This document shows positions 38,207-48,195 of a DNA stretch of 64,000 nt, piece by piece (within the stretch, counting starts at the first letter, position 1; each line of letters begins with the position of its first letter). Made by a program: the position numbers and the translations under genes. The notes under the pieces are model-generated. The model was not told the origin of the DNA, ran no database searches, and worked only from the letters and a program-made list of their open reading frames with translations. Source of the DNA: Polyangiales bacterium (GTDB lineage Bacteria; Myxococcota_A; Polyangia; Polyangiales; Houyiibacteriaceae); assembly GCA_045106895.1 (NCBI GenBank), contig JBGCFM010000082.1, forward strand, positions 1 to 64,000, read 5' to 3'.

Positions 38207-38884
38207 GTGGCGACGACGAAGCGACGATCCATCCGCCAGGATGCGATCAATCTGCCGAACCTTCTGACGATGGCGCGCATCGTCATGATCCCCGTCGTGC
38301 TTTGGCTCATGGCGGAGGGCACGCCGCGCGCAAACTTCTGGGCGGCCATCGTCTACATCCTCACGGCGGTCACAGACTTCTTGGACGGATGGCTCGCCCG
38401 GCGCATGGGTCTCATCTCGATCCTCGGGAAGTTCCTCGACCCATTGGCCGACAAGCTACTCGTGATGTCCACGTTGGTTTTCATGTCCTACATGGGGCGT
38501 TTGCCACTGCTCGGCGTTGCCGCTGTCATCATCATGGTGGGCAGAGAACTATCGGTGACGGCGCTCAGGACCATCGCGATGAGTGAAGGCGTCGTGATGG
38601 GGGCGGGTCGTAGTGGCAAAGATAAGACGGCGATTCAGATGGCCGCGATCCTTCTGCTCATTCTGCACCACCCTTACGAAGTGAACTTTTTCTTCACCTC
38701 CATGCGGATCGATCTCGGCCAGGTTGGCCTCGGTCTCTTGTATGTGAGCCTCGTCTTCGCGATCACCAGCGCCGGCGAGTACGTCAGCCTTTTTGTGGAC
38801 GCCGTTGAAGCCAAAGAAGACCGGCTCCTTGAAGACGAACAAGCCGAAGAGGGAGACGCGGCAGAAGACGAAGTCACGTCATGA
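38207..38884 (+). CDS. pgsA: CDP-diacylglycerol--glycerol-3-phosphate phosphatidyltransferase
   Basis: NLPNLLT..R and TDFLDGWLAR...GKFLDPLADK. Confidence 0.93.
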   Translation: MATTKRRSIRQDAINLPNLLTMARIVMIPVVLWLMAEGTPRANFWAAIVYILTAVTDFLDGWLARRMGLISILGKFLDPLADKLLVMSTLVFMSYMGRLPLLGVAAVIIMVGRELSVTALRTIAMSEGVVMGAGRSGKDKTAIQMAAILLLILHHPYEVNFFFTSMRIDLGQVGLGLLYVSLVFAITSAGEYVSLFVDAVEAKEDRLLEDEQAEEGDAAEDEVTS

Positions 38885-39681
38885 AGGTCTTCGCCCAAGG
38901 GGACGCCTTGCTCCTCAGGCTCGACGCCGATGAAGATCTCGTTGAAGCCCTCGAATCGTACTCCGGCGAAGGCGCCCTTTGGGTCGACGGCGCCGGTGCG
39001 CTTCGAGATGTGGAGCTAGAGGACGCGGACGGCGAAACTCGGAAGGTCGGCGCGGTTGAAGCCATTTCGATTCGCGGACTCGCAATGGCGGACGAAGTCG
39101 AGCTTCACGGCACACTCATGCGAGGGGCTCAGGCTCTCGGCGGTCGAATCCGACGTGCCAAGGTTGTCCGTTGCGTGCTCCGCGGAGAGCGTTTCCAGGC
39201 TGTAGACGCGGCGGACGCGTTTTCCCCTGAGTCCCTCGGCGGCGGCACTGAGCGAGGCACTTGGGCGGCAGCAGCGGCTGCGAGCGCCACAGCGAAAGCG
39301 GCGGCGGAGGCTCCTGAGCCGAGCGCGGGTGGTGGTTGGGGAGCAGCGATCGCCGCCTCCGAAGCGGCTCCGGAAGTGCGCGCGCGAAAGGCCCGCCCTC
39401 GTCGCATGGCCCCTGCGCCACAGCCGCAGTCGATCCGAAGCGCGAAAGCGCGGGCAAAAATGCCGGCGTTCTTGGATGAGCCGGAGATCGAATCGGGCGA
39501 CTTCGTCGACCACAAGCAGTTTGGCATTTGTAAGGTGGTTCGTGTGTCAGACGATGGAGCGCTGCTCATCAAGCTGCCCACGGGACGGACCAAACAGATC
39601 AAGCTGACGGTGCTTGAGGTCCTTCCTGCTCGACAAGACACGAAGCGGCGGATTTATCCGCTGCGACCACGTTCGAAGTAG
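38881..39681 (+). CDS. PPC/DUF296-like domain + Ala linker + PcrA/UvrD-CTD-like Tudor domain
   Basis: LRLDADEDL and ELHGTL..GG at the N-terminus; GDFVDHKQFGICKVV at the C-terminus. Confidence 0.6.
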   Translation: MKVFAQGDALLLRLDADEDLVEALESYSGEGALWVDGAGALRDVELEDADGETRKVGAVEAISIRGLAMADEVELHGTLMRGAQALGGRIRRAKVVRCVLRGERFQAVDAADAFSPESLGGGTERGTWAAAAAASATAKAAAEAPEPSAGGGWGAAIAASEAAPEVRARKARPRRMAPAPQPQSIRSAKARAKMPAFLDEPEIESGDFVDHKQFGICKVVRVSDDGALLIKLPTGRTKQIKLTVLEVLPARQDTKRRIYPLRPRSK

Positions 39682-39804
39682 AGCAATAGGCCATTTCAAT
39701 GGGCGCAATAGCCTGAGTCTCTGGCGCGCGCGCCGTGGCGCTCTTTTGAACGAGTGAGTTGCGTTCGTGATGAATCCTGAGCGAGTTAATGCAACTCTCC
39801 CCAG

Positions 39805-41676
39805 GTGAAACACTCCGCACGTTCTCTTTCTCTTCTCGTGATCATCGCTCTCGCTGGTTGCGGGGACGACACTGCAGCGCCCGACTCAGGAGGCGTCGCG
39901 GATGTTGGTGTCGACGGTGGAGATGCAGGTCTGACCGACAGCGGTGGACCGGACATTCCCCTGGACGTTCCCCCAGATGTCCCTCCCGAAGACGCCGGAT
40001 TCGACGTTGCTCGTACGCCGGTCAGTCTCTACACGGAGGTCGACCTGAGCGACTCACAGCTCGCGGACGCAGCCTTCACAATTTTGGGGCAGGAGACCGA
40101 AGAGAGTCGCTGCACCCGTTGCCATGGCCTGAGCGTCGACCGAGTGCGCGAATGGGAAAGCACGACACGGGCAGCCCTCGAGTGCATCGGCGACAACGAC
40201 CCGAACGTTGATTCCGAGGCGGAAGCGATTCTCGACTGCTTTACCGTCGATGGGGAGCCCCGCCCAGACGGGATGGGCTTTCTAACAACAACGCTTGGCC
40301 TCGACTGGTTCACGCGCACATTCAACGTCGCTCATGGCTTCGATGGTGAGATTCAACAGACTCGCTTTCGCGGCGTGAGCGAGATGCCTAAGCCCCCATC
40401 GGTTCTCCTCGACCAGAGCGAAGTCGACATCTTGCTCTCTTGGGCCACCCGCGGGTCGCCCGGTCTCGTCGAGCGCCTGGGCAACCCCGGTGGAGCACCC
40501 TGTACGGACGAGGTTCGGCGACCCGTCCTCGATCATGTGGAGGCTATGGAAACGGAGGGATGGGCGGTCATCAATCGCGACAACAACGTCCCGATGTTCG
40601 GCTGCGATGAGGGTGAGGTCGGCGCGGACTGTCTGACGGACTTCCCATTGGCCGGCGACCGTCCTTACGGCGCAGGGTGGGCCGGCGAGTCGGAGACGCT
40701 TCGCGTTCTGTACGAATACGAATATCGCTCAAGCTTCTGGACACGAAGCTCCGCCGATGGACGCTTCGTATCGCACGGATCGAGTGAGCGTGGCCGCGGT
40801 GCAACGATCATCGACCTCGAACGGGGGGCACGCATCTACGCCAACGCGCTCTACGATCCCGGGTTCTTCCCGGACAACACCGGCTTCATGCTCCAGGGCG
40901 GCGGCGGTCATATCTGCCAGCAAAGCCTGCTGACCTCGAACCCAGATGAGATCACCTTTGGCGAGGCCGAGTGCACAAACACAAGCGCAGTGGGTCTCTA
41001 CCAGCACATGGCCGCAACCCAGGGCGGCGACTACTGGACGGTGTTTGGTCAGTTCGTCAGCGACAATGGTGGCTTCGGCGGCAGCGATGGGGCGCTTCCT
41101 GTGAGCTTTGACCAGAACGCGCGAATGAACCTGGTGCCCTTCGTATTCGACGGGACGCAGTACATCGCTGGGGATGAAATCAGCACTCGCACATCCTATG
41201 AAGGCGATGCTGTTCTCTCGCCGTCTGGAAGGCTCATCGTCTCGCGCTCACAAGGTGAGGATGGCAACCAGAGCGGTTATGTGATGCGTAGCGTCGAGGC
41301 CACGCCGAACGGGGACTCGTACGATATCGAGACGCGTGTCGTTGCCAACTACTGTGTTCGCGGTGCGAAGGTCGGTTTCTCTTTCGACGAGCGTTACATG
41401 ACCTTCCAACGCTACGTGCTGCCTTCGGACGCGGTCGAGCTTGGATTCACCGGACCCACTGATCCTGCCTTCGCCGAATACGCGAGCCGCGGGGCCTCCA
41501 ATATCTACGTTCTTGATGTGACGACGGGAGAGAGCATTCGTGCGACAACGATGCAGCCGGGGCAGTTCGCCCTCTTCCCGCACTTCCGCTCTGACGGATG
41601 GCTCTACTTTGTGGTCCGCGACCGAGCGAACGGTGCATCGAGTGAGTACGTTGTGGCGAGTGATATCCTCCTCTAG
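39805..41676 (+). CDS. Lipoprotein with a monoheme motif and a beta-propeller-like C-terminus
   Basis: Lipobox LAGC, CTRCH...MP, TolB-like repeats (SADGRFV, SPSGRLI, SFDERYM, SDGWLY). Confidence 0.7.
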   Translation: MKHSARSLSLLVIIALAGCGDDTAAPDSGGVADVGVDGGDAGLTDSGGPDIPLDVPPDVPPEDAGFDVARTPVSLYTEVDLSDSQLADAAFTILGQETEESRCTRCHGLSVDRVREWESTTRAALECIGDNDPNVDSEAEAILDCFTVDGEPRPDGMGFLTTTLGLDWFTRTFNVAHGFDGEIQQTRFRGVSEMPKPPSVLLDQSEVDILLSWATRGSPGLVERLGNPGGAPCTDEVRRPVLDHVEAMETEGWAVINRDNNVPMFGCDEGEVGADCLTDFPLAGDRPYGAGWAGESETLRVLYEYEYRSSFWTRSSADGRFVSHGSSERGRGATIIDLERGARIYANALYDPGFFPDNTGFMLQGGGGHICQQSLLTSNPDEITFGEAECTNTSAVGLYQHMAATQGGDYWTVFGQFVSDNGGFGGSDGALPVSFDQNARMNLVPFVFDGTQYIAGDEISTRTSYEGDAVLSPSGRLIVSRSQGEDGNQSGYVMRSVEATPNGDSYDIETRVVANYCVRGAKVGFSFDERYMTFQRYVLPSDAVELGFTGPTDPAFAEYASRGASNIYVLDVTTGESIRATTMQPGQFALFPHFRSDGWLYFVVRDRANGASSEYVVASDILL

Positions 41677-43219
41677 ATGCCTTGTGCTGACGTCGCTCCT
41701 CTTCCTCAGTGGTGTGGGGGGCGGCTGCACAAAGTCACCGACGGCGTGTCCGGAGCTTGGCTCGGACGAGTCGGGTCTCACGGCACCCGCTCGCTTTGTT
41801 GTGGGCGAAGCGTCGGCGTGGCCGGCGGAGTCGCGACGTCGTGACGAGGCTGCGCTGCGCTCGTCGTTGGGCGAGAGGCGCGCTCTCGGATGGGACGTCA
41901 TCTCCCGGCTCGTCGAAGACGTCCCCGTCGCCGCACCTTCGGGTGGACCGGCCACGCTCCCTCGTTTTCAGACTTGGTACGGCGAGGAGGACCTTCGGCG
42001 GGTGGTCCAGCACCTGCACGAAAGCGGCGACGACGACTACTCGAACGCCGCGCTGGACGAAGCGTTTGAATGGAACCGCCGGGCCGTCCTCGAGTTTGAG
42101 GGGTGGCCCGAAGAGCGGCTTGCGGAGTTCGTCGACGGCGCCTCGGAGGGGGAAGGCGCGCGTGGGCTTGGCGGCATCGAGCGTGTCATCTACAGCCCTC
42201 TGGCCGCCCGCCACCTGCTTCAGAGTCGTCACGAGCTCGCAGCCTGCGCTGCCCCGGAACCCGACGCGAACCTACCGGACGGCTTCCGAACGGCGGAGCA
42301 AGAGGAGAGCGTGTGGTTGGACGGATGCGGTAGCCGGCGGCTCGGTCCGTATTCTGTTGCTGACGGGGGGAGCTTCGTCGCCGAGAGCGAAGGTGCCGTC
42401 GTTCTGAGCGTCGGCGGAGACGAGTGCGAAGGAACGACATGCCGCGTAATGGGGCCGGCAGAGGTGTACGTGGACGTGAGGGCACGCGAGCGTGGCCGTG
42501 CCCAGATACAGGTCCGCTACGACGAGCCGGTCGCCTTATGGACCCCGTGCTTGATCCAAGAGTTTCCGGATGGCGCCGTCATCCTGAAGACCGAATACCG
42601 GCGCGTTGGTTTTGGGTTCACGGTCGGCGCGCACGACACGAGCGTGACCGGGGTTGAAGCGGCGTTTGCGGAGGGTGAATCTTGGACCGAAGGACAAGAT
42701 GCGGACCCTGGGGAGGACTCCATCTTCACCCTTGCGCTACCGAGTGGTGCGCGTTACCGGCTGGTGGCGATGCACGCCATGGTCAAAGACCTCGACCACT
42801 GGATTTGGTCGACAATGTGGTGGTCGGACTCCCCGCAGGCGGACTTTGGCGAAGACCGCCCTGGGGCGCTCGGCGCGCCATGGGACCAGTACAAGATGTG
42901 CGCGACGACTTGGTTTGAGGAGGAGGACACCGACTTCACTGGGGTGACGGAGGAAATCCGTGCGGCCTCGACTCTTCGTGGGTCCGAGTCGTGGTGTTCG
43001 AACCCGTTCATCGAAAGTGGCGTGGGCGCGGCGGCCACCAACTGCATTGGCTGTCACCAGCACGCGGGGACCGGCGCATCGTCCGAAGAGATTCTCGGTG
43101 GCGCTCTGATTCCGGGGGCCCGACCAGGGCGCCTTCAGGAGCGGAACAACTTCCCGACGGACTATGTCTTTAGCGTCGACGTCATCGACGAGCTCATCCG
43201 CGCTCTTCCGCAGCTCTAG
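41660..43219 (+). CDS. Lipoprotein with a C-terminal monoheme cytochrome c motif
   Basis: Lipobox-like GGGC, LVAMHAMVK...WIWSTMWW and NCIGCH. Start is approximate. Confidence 0.7.
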   Translation: MISSSRCLVLTSLLFLSGVGGGCTKSPTACPELGSDESGLTAPARFVVGEASAWPAESRRRDEAALRSSLGERRALGWDVISRLVEDVPVAAPSGGPATLPRFQTWYGEEDLRRVVQHLHESGDDDYSNAALDEAFEWNRRAVLEFEGWPEERLAEFVDGASEGEGARGLGGIERVIYSPLAARHLLQSRHELAACAAPEPDANLPDGFRTAEQEESVWLDGCGSRRLGPYSVADGGSFVAESEGAVVLSVGGDECEGTTCRVMGPAEVYVDVRARERGRAQIQVRYDEPVALWTPCLIQEFPDGAVILKTEYRRVGFGFTVGAHDTSVTGVEAAFAEGESWTEGQDADPGEDSIFTLALPSGARYRLVAMHAMVKDLDHWIWSTMWWSDSPQADFGEDRPGALGAPWDQYKMCATTWFEEEDTDFTGVTEEIRAASTLRGSESWCSNPFIESGVGAAATNCIGCHQHAGTGASSEEILGGALIPGARPGRLQERNNFPTDYVFSVDVIDELIRALPQL

Positions 43220-43355
43220 GGCTGCCGCTAGCAGGACCTGGGAAAAACTCCGCAGGCCGCTTCGCGGCATGAACACGCAGTCAAACGCCATCCGATTCGT
43301 GCCACCTATGTCCATAGGCAGACGTGAATTGGACGCACTTGCCAGCGCATTCAAG

Positions 43356-44342
43356 CTAGTGAATGCGCAGGCGGGGGTCGAGTGCGGCGAGCGCGATGTC
43401 CGCCAGGAGATTACCGACCTGCACGGTCACGGCGAAGACCAGCACCACGCCGATGATGATGGGCGCGTCCTCTTGAACGACGGAGAGAATCGCGAGGTTG
43501 CCCATGCCGGGCCACGCGAAGATGCTCTCCGTGATGATGGCGCCGCTCACGAGGATGGTCATGCTCAGGCCCATCAAAGTGACGATGGGTAGCAGCGCGT
43601 TGCGTGCTGCGTGGACGAGGACGACGCGCCAGCCAGGGAGACCCTTTGCGCGGGCGGTACGCAGGTAGTCACTCCGCAGGGTGTCCACCATCTCGCTGCG
43701 CATGATTCGCGCGTAGGTCGCCGCGCCGACGATGGCGAGCGTAAGCGCCGGCAAGATGGCGTGGTAGACGTGGTCCCACCCGTCGACGCCGTAGCCGCCG
43801 ACCGGGAACCAGCCGAAGAGGAACGCGAAGAGCCAGAGAAAGAGCGGGCCGGTCACATAGGTGGGCAGGCTGATGCCCAGGAACGCCACGCCCATGAAGC
43901 CGGTGTCGAACCATGTGTTGCGTTTGACAGCGGCGAGGATGCCGAAGGTGATGCCGATGAGGAGCTCAAAGATCAGAGCCAGACCACCAAGGAGGAGCGT
44001 GCGAGGAAGCCGCTGGGCGAGGATGGCGGAGACTGGCTCATTGCCACGGTAGGAGGTGCCAAAGTCGAGCTGAAGCGCGCCGCAGTAGCCTTCGCGTGCG
44101 TATTCCGGTGATGCTCGTCGCACGCAGGGGCTTGTGCCGAGGCGCGATGTGTATTGGCGCCAGAGGGGCTGGTCGAGGCCCTCCTTGCGTTCGAAGTCAG
44201 CGATTTGTTCTGCGCTCGCGTTGGGTCCGAGCGTTGTGGTCGCCGGGTCGCCGAATGCAAAGACCAAGGCAAAGACCACGGTGAAAACGCAGTAGACCGT
44301 GAACACGGCCCAGAGCAGTCGTCGAAGAATGTACGCGCTCAT
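43356..44342 (-). CDS. Peptide ABC transporter permease (DppB/OppB)
   Basis: YILRRL, DYLRTARAKG and ESIFAWPGMG. Confidence 0.93.
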   Translation of the reverse strand: MSAYILRRLLWAVFTVYCVFTVVFALVFAFGDPATTTLGPNASAEQIADFERKEGLDQPLWRQYTSRLGTSPCVRRASPEYAREGYCGALQLDFGTSYRGNEPVSAILAQRLPRTLLLGGLALIFELLIGITFGILAAVKRNTWFDTGFMGVAFLGISLPTYVTGPLFLWLFAFLFGWFPVGGYGVDGWDHVYHAILPALTLAIVGAATYARIMRSEMVDTLRSDYLRTARAKGLPGWRVVLVHAARNALLPIVTLMGLSMTILVSGAIITESIFAWPGMGNLAILSVVQEDAPIIIGVVLVFAVTVQVGNLLADIALAALDPRLRIH

Positions 44343-46063
44343 CGCCAGCTTCTCCGTGGCAGAAGATCCAAGGCGGCGGTGGGCGACCGAGAAGGGCGCT
44401 CACGTCGCTTGGGGAGGTCTAGCCAGACTTGGCGATACTCTTCGGGCCAGACAGGGTGTGGGCGGTACCCACGCACGTAAGGTTGCCAGACTTCGAGGAG
44501 TGTTGGGTTGAAGGCGAAGGCCCACGGTGCGTCGCGGTTCAGCATGTCCGCTGCTTGCCGATAAAGGCCGCGTCGCGATTCGCGGTTGGTTTCGGCGCGG
44601 GCGGAGTCGAGGAGCGCATCGAACTCAGGGTTGTTGTAGAACGCGCGGTTCTGGGAGTGCTCCGGGTGAATCGAGTCGGAGTGGAAGTTGGGGTCGAAGA
44701 AGCTCGCGGCATCTGGGAAGTCGAGGCTCCAGCCCCAGAGCATGGTTTGTAGTGTCCGCGGCTTGCTGCTTTCCGCGATGAGCGTCGGGAATGAGAGAGG
44801 GCGAAGCTCCACGGGGATGCCGATTTCTGCCATGTCGCTCTGGAAGAGTTCGCCGTAGATGCGTGAAACGTCGCCTTCGCCAAGGGCGAGCTGAATGGGC
44901 TCCGTGAGCCCGTCCGGGTAACCCGCCTCTCGAAGCTCAGCTCGCGCTCGCTCGCGGTCGAGGTGGTGTTCGCTCTCGAGGTCTCTCGCGTAGCCCCAGA
45001 TGTTTGGAGGGACGAGCTGGCCCGTGCCAGAGATTCGTCCGCTCCGCGCCCGGGACCAGCTCTCGCGGTCGATGCCGTAGGCGACGGCACGCCGGACGTG
45101 CACGTTGTCAAATGGCGGGAGCTCGGTGTTCATGATGATGCCCCACGTGGACGCGAGTGGGTGCTCGTTCATCGTGGGCTGCCAGTCCGGGGCGCGGCGA
45201 AAGAATAAGTAGTCCTGCGTCGACTGCCGGTGAATCGCGTCGAGGTCGCCATTGCGAAAACGCATCACCGCCGTGCCGCGCATCAACGTCTCCACGTAGA
45301 TCATCCGGTCCGGGTGCGCGTCTTGTTGCCAGTAGTGGGGGTGCCGCCGGAACTCGATTTGCACCCCGCGTTCCCAGCCGTCGAAAATCATAGGTCCGAC
45401 TCCCGCCGGGTGACGGCCGACCTCGCTGCCCCATCGACCCACGCTCTCCCGCGCGATGGGGTACGCGAAGGTCATTGCCATCGCGTTGAGGAAGGTTTGG
45501 TCGGGTTCCGTCAACTTGAAGTCGATGGTGTAACGGTCGATGAGGACGATGCCCTCGACGGATTCCGCTTCGCCGCTGTGGTATGCGTCGGCGCCGACGA
45601 GGGCCTTGAAAAAGGGAAAACCCGGAGAGCCGAGGGCGGGGCTCATCATGCGATGAAGGCTGTACATCACGTCATGGGCCGTGAGCTCTCGGCCTTCAGG
45701 GACACCAGGGAGCGGGTGAAACTGCACGCCTCGACGAAGTCGGAATCGAAAGCGCGTGCCGCCCTCGCTGACGGTGGGCATGGAGACAGCCAAGCTCGGG
45801 ATGAGCTCACCTTCGGCGTCGTAGTCGAGGAGACCGTCGTAGAGAAGACGGAAAGCGATGGTGGAGAGTTCGTTGAAGCCGAGGTGGGGGTCGAGGGTGT
45901 CGACGCCGGATTCATGGTGGAAGACGAAGGTGCCTCCGCTCCGTGGCGTGTCGTCCCCGGCGCCATACATGCGCGGGCCCATCGGCTCGCTGGGGCACCC
46001 GGCCATAGAAAGCGCCAGGGAGGCGACGAGGAGACCGGCGCTAGTCCTTAGGGTCAAACGCAT
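44339..46063 (-). CDS. Peptide ABC transporter substrate-binding lipoprotein (family 5)
   Basis: Lipobox MAGC, TLDP, LRRGVQFH and PFDNVHVRRAV. Confidence 0.92.
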   Translation of the reverse strand: MRLTLRTSAGLLVASLALSMAGCPSEPMGPRMYGAGDDTPRSGGTFVFHHESGVDTLDPHLGFNELSTIAFRLLYDGLLDYDAEGELIPSLAVSMPTVSEGGTRFRFRLRRGVQFHPLPGVPEGRELTAHDVMYSLHRMMSPALGSPGFPFFKALVGADAYHSGEAESVEGIVLIDRYTIDFKLTEPDQTFLNAMAMTFAYPIARESVGRWGSEVGRHPAGVGPMIFDGWERGVQIEFRRHPHYWQQDAHPDRMIYVETLMRGTAVMRFRNGDLDAIHRQSTQDYLFFRRAPDWQPTMNEHPLASTWGIIMNTELPPFDNVHVRRAVAYGIDRESWSRARSGRISGTGQLVPPNIWGYARDLESEHHLDRERARAELREAGYPDGLTEPIQLALGEGDVSRIYGELFQSDMAEIGIPVELRPLSFPTLIAESSKPRTLQTMLWGWSLDFPDAASFFDPNFHSDSIHPEHSQNRAFYNNPEFDALLDSARAETNRESRRGLYRQAADMLNRDAPWAFAFNPTLLEVWQPYVRGYRPHPVWPEEYRQVWLDLPKRRERPSRSPTAALDLLPRRSWR

Positions 46064-46895
46064 CGCGTAGTCCTTCCCCCATGAGATTGAAGCCGAAGAC
46101 CGTGATGACGATGAGGGAGGCCGGGAGCAGCATCAGCTGTGGCGCGGCGCGGAGCATCTCCTGACCTTCCTTGAGCATGGAGCCCCAGCTCGCGATGGGT
46201 GGCTGAACGCCTAGGCCCAAGTACGACATGGCGGACTCGGCGATGATCATCTGAGCGACGAGGGTGGTGCCGATGACGATGGCTGGGCCGAGCACGTTTG
46301 GAAGCACGTGCCGAAACAGAATGCGCGCCGGGTGCATGCCGAGGGCGATGGCGGCCTGCACATACTCGAGGCGCCGGACCTGGAGCGTTTTCGCGCGCGT
46401 GATGCGGGCGAGGGTGGTCCAGGAGAGGAAGCCGAGGAGAAAGTAGAGTGTCGACAGTTCGGGCTCTTCAACGACGCTTTGAATCGTGATGGCCAGGAGC
46501 AAAAAAGGAATCGATAAAAACATGTCCACGAAGCGCATGCTGACGGTGTCGACGACACCACCGAAGTAGCCGCTGGTGATTCCGACGAGCAACCCCATGC
46601 CGACGGCGATGAGCGTTGCAATGAACGCCACGCGCAGGCTGATGGAGCCGCCGTGGAGAAGCCGCGAGAGCTCGTCGCGTCCTACGGTGTCTGCGCCGAG
46701 GATATGGCCGTCGACGTCGCCGATGCCCACCGGGATGCCTTCGTCCGTGATCAAGGTGTCGCGCCACTGTTCCTCGGGGCTGTGCGGCGCGAGGACGGGG
46801 CCTAGGAGCCCAAGCAGCGTGACGAAGAGAACCAAGATGCTCCCAACAAGAGCGCCGCGGTTCTTTCGAAAACGTCGATAGGCACGAGGATCCAC
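46041..46895 (-). CDS. Peptide ABC transporter permease (DppC/OppC)
   Basis: LGADTVGRD, RHVLPN, SWGSML and GEGLRDAFDP. Confidence 0.93.
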   Translation of the reverse strand: MDPRAYRRFRKNRGALVGSILVLFVTLLGLLGPVLAPHSPEEQWRDTLITDEGIPVGIGDVDGHILGADTVGRDELSRLLHGGSISLRVAFIATLIAVGMGLLVGITSGYFGGVVDTVSMRFVDMFLSIPFLLLAITIQSVVEEPELSTLYFLLGFLSWTTLARITRAKTLQVRRLEYVQAAIALGMHPARILFRHVLPNVLGPAIVIGTTLVAQMIIAESAMSYLGLGVQPPIASWGSMLKEGQEMLRAAPQLMLLPASLIVITVFGFNLMGEGLRDAFDPKD

Positions 46896-46977
46896 GACTT
46901 GCTAACTAACGTGCTGCGTAGGCAGGGGTCAACGCTCCATCGCTGGCGTGACGAGCCCGCTCGATCCACCCTCCGAT

Positions 46978-47250
46978 ATGCCGTTGTATCGCTGGCTAGT
47001 CACGCCGCTCTTTACCCTGCTCCTGGCCCTTGGCTGTGGTGGGGGCGAGAAGCCTATGGGCGAGGTGTGCGCCTCGGACAGCGAGTGCATTCAGGGCCAC
47101 TGCGTGGGCGGCGTCGATGGCGATGAGCCCGTCTGTACCCGGAGCTGTGCTCGGGGAAGCGAGTGTCCTGAAGGCTGGTCCTGCAGTGGCGCCACACAGG
47201 ACATGGTCCTCGTGTGTGTGAAACGCGGCGCGATGCCTTTTGGCCCCTGA
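46978..47250 (+). CDS. Small Cys-rich lipoprotein
   Basis: Lipobox ALGC; eight further Cys in a myxobacterial-type disulfide pattern. Confidence 0.7.
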   Translation: MPLYRWLVTPLFTLLLALGCGGGEKPMGEVCASDSECIQGHCVGGVDGDEPVCTRSCARGSECPEGWSCSGATQDMVLVCVKRGAMPFGP

Positions 47251-47598
47251 TACGCCTTTGCGAAACCCCTGAACTACTCGATGTGGTGCCGGCGCGGCCG
47301 GGCACCCCAAGCACTGGTGTGTGGGTAATGTGGCAGGATCGCGCGTGATCCCTTGGGGTGTTTCGCTTCGAGCGATCTGGCCATCAAATCACGATCTCTC
47401 GTGCCAACACCGATCGTTTTTGGAGTTTGCTTGTCACTTTTATTGACACGCGGAGCTACGTTTTGACGGCGATAAGGGCGCTATCCATATGAGATTTCTC
47501 GTTTAATCAAGTTCCTGTACATGCTGTGGGAAACGTGCACATTTTTGTTGACCTAATTCTTTTGAAAAGAATACATTCGCGGCCGTTGAGACAGCAAA

Positions 47599-48153
47599 AT
47601 GGTGAAACGCGAACAGACCCCAATCCTCCCGAAGCGCAGCAGTGCGACGAGTGGATGGACCAGTGAAGAACTCGATGCCGTTGAGGCCGCTCATCCCAAG
47701 GGGATGCCGGTTACGACCATCGTCGAGCTCTTTACGAATCACGGGGACCGCCTAACGGAGGCGACGTTTCGTAAGTATGTGCAGCTTGGGCTTCTGCCCC
47801 GGAGCACGCGTGTTGGACGCAAGGGCCGCGGCTCGCAGGGTGTGTATCCCGCGACATCGGTTCGTCAGCTCGCGCATATCCGGCGGCTCATGGGTCAGGG
47901 CTTCACAATCGAAGAGATTCAGAAAGAGTTTCTCTTCGTGCGAGGCGATATCGAGGCCCTCGGCCGTCACCTCGAACGTGTGTACAGCGCGATCGAAGAG
48001 GCGGCCGTCGAGCGAGCACGGCAGGGGGAAGAGCTCGCCGTGCAAGGGGCTGTGGATGGTGCGCGAGAGCTTGGGGCGAAGCTCATTGCGCGACTCGAAA
48101 CCATCGAACGCGGACTCACGATGCGCGCGCGAATGGCGCGCGCCGCGGTCTGA
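47599..48153 (+). CDS. MerR-like HTH regulator
   Basis: TFRKYVQLGLLPRS...GVYP...GFTIEEIQ. Confidence 0.8.
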   Translation: MVKREQTPILPKRSSATSGWTSEELDAVEAAHPKGMPVTTIVELFTNHGDRLTEATFRKYVQLGLLPRSTRVGRKGRGSQGVYPATSVRQLAHIRRLMGQGFTIEEIQKEFLFVRGDIEALGRHLERVYSAIEEAAVERARQGEELAVQGAVDGARELGAKLIARLETIERGLTMRARMARAAV

Positions 48154-48195
48154 ACATCAATCAAAAATTTCTGGGCGAAGACAGGGTAGGGCGAC

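Noticed and set aside
43291..43333. Imperfect hairpin between convergent genes
   Set aside because: No U-tract; at most a transcript-end structure, not enough to call.
47332..47382. GGCAGGATCGC...GCGATCTGGCC possible ncRNA stem
   Set aside because: A short imperfect stem in GC-rich DNA with no recognisable RNA family motif.
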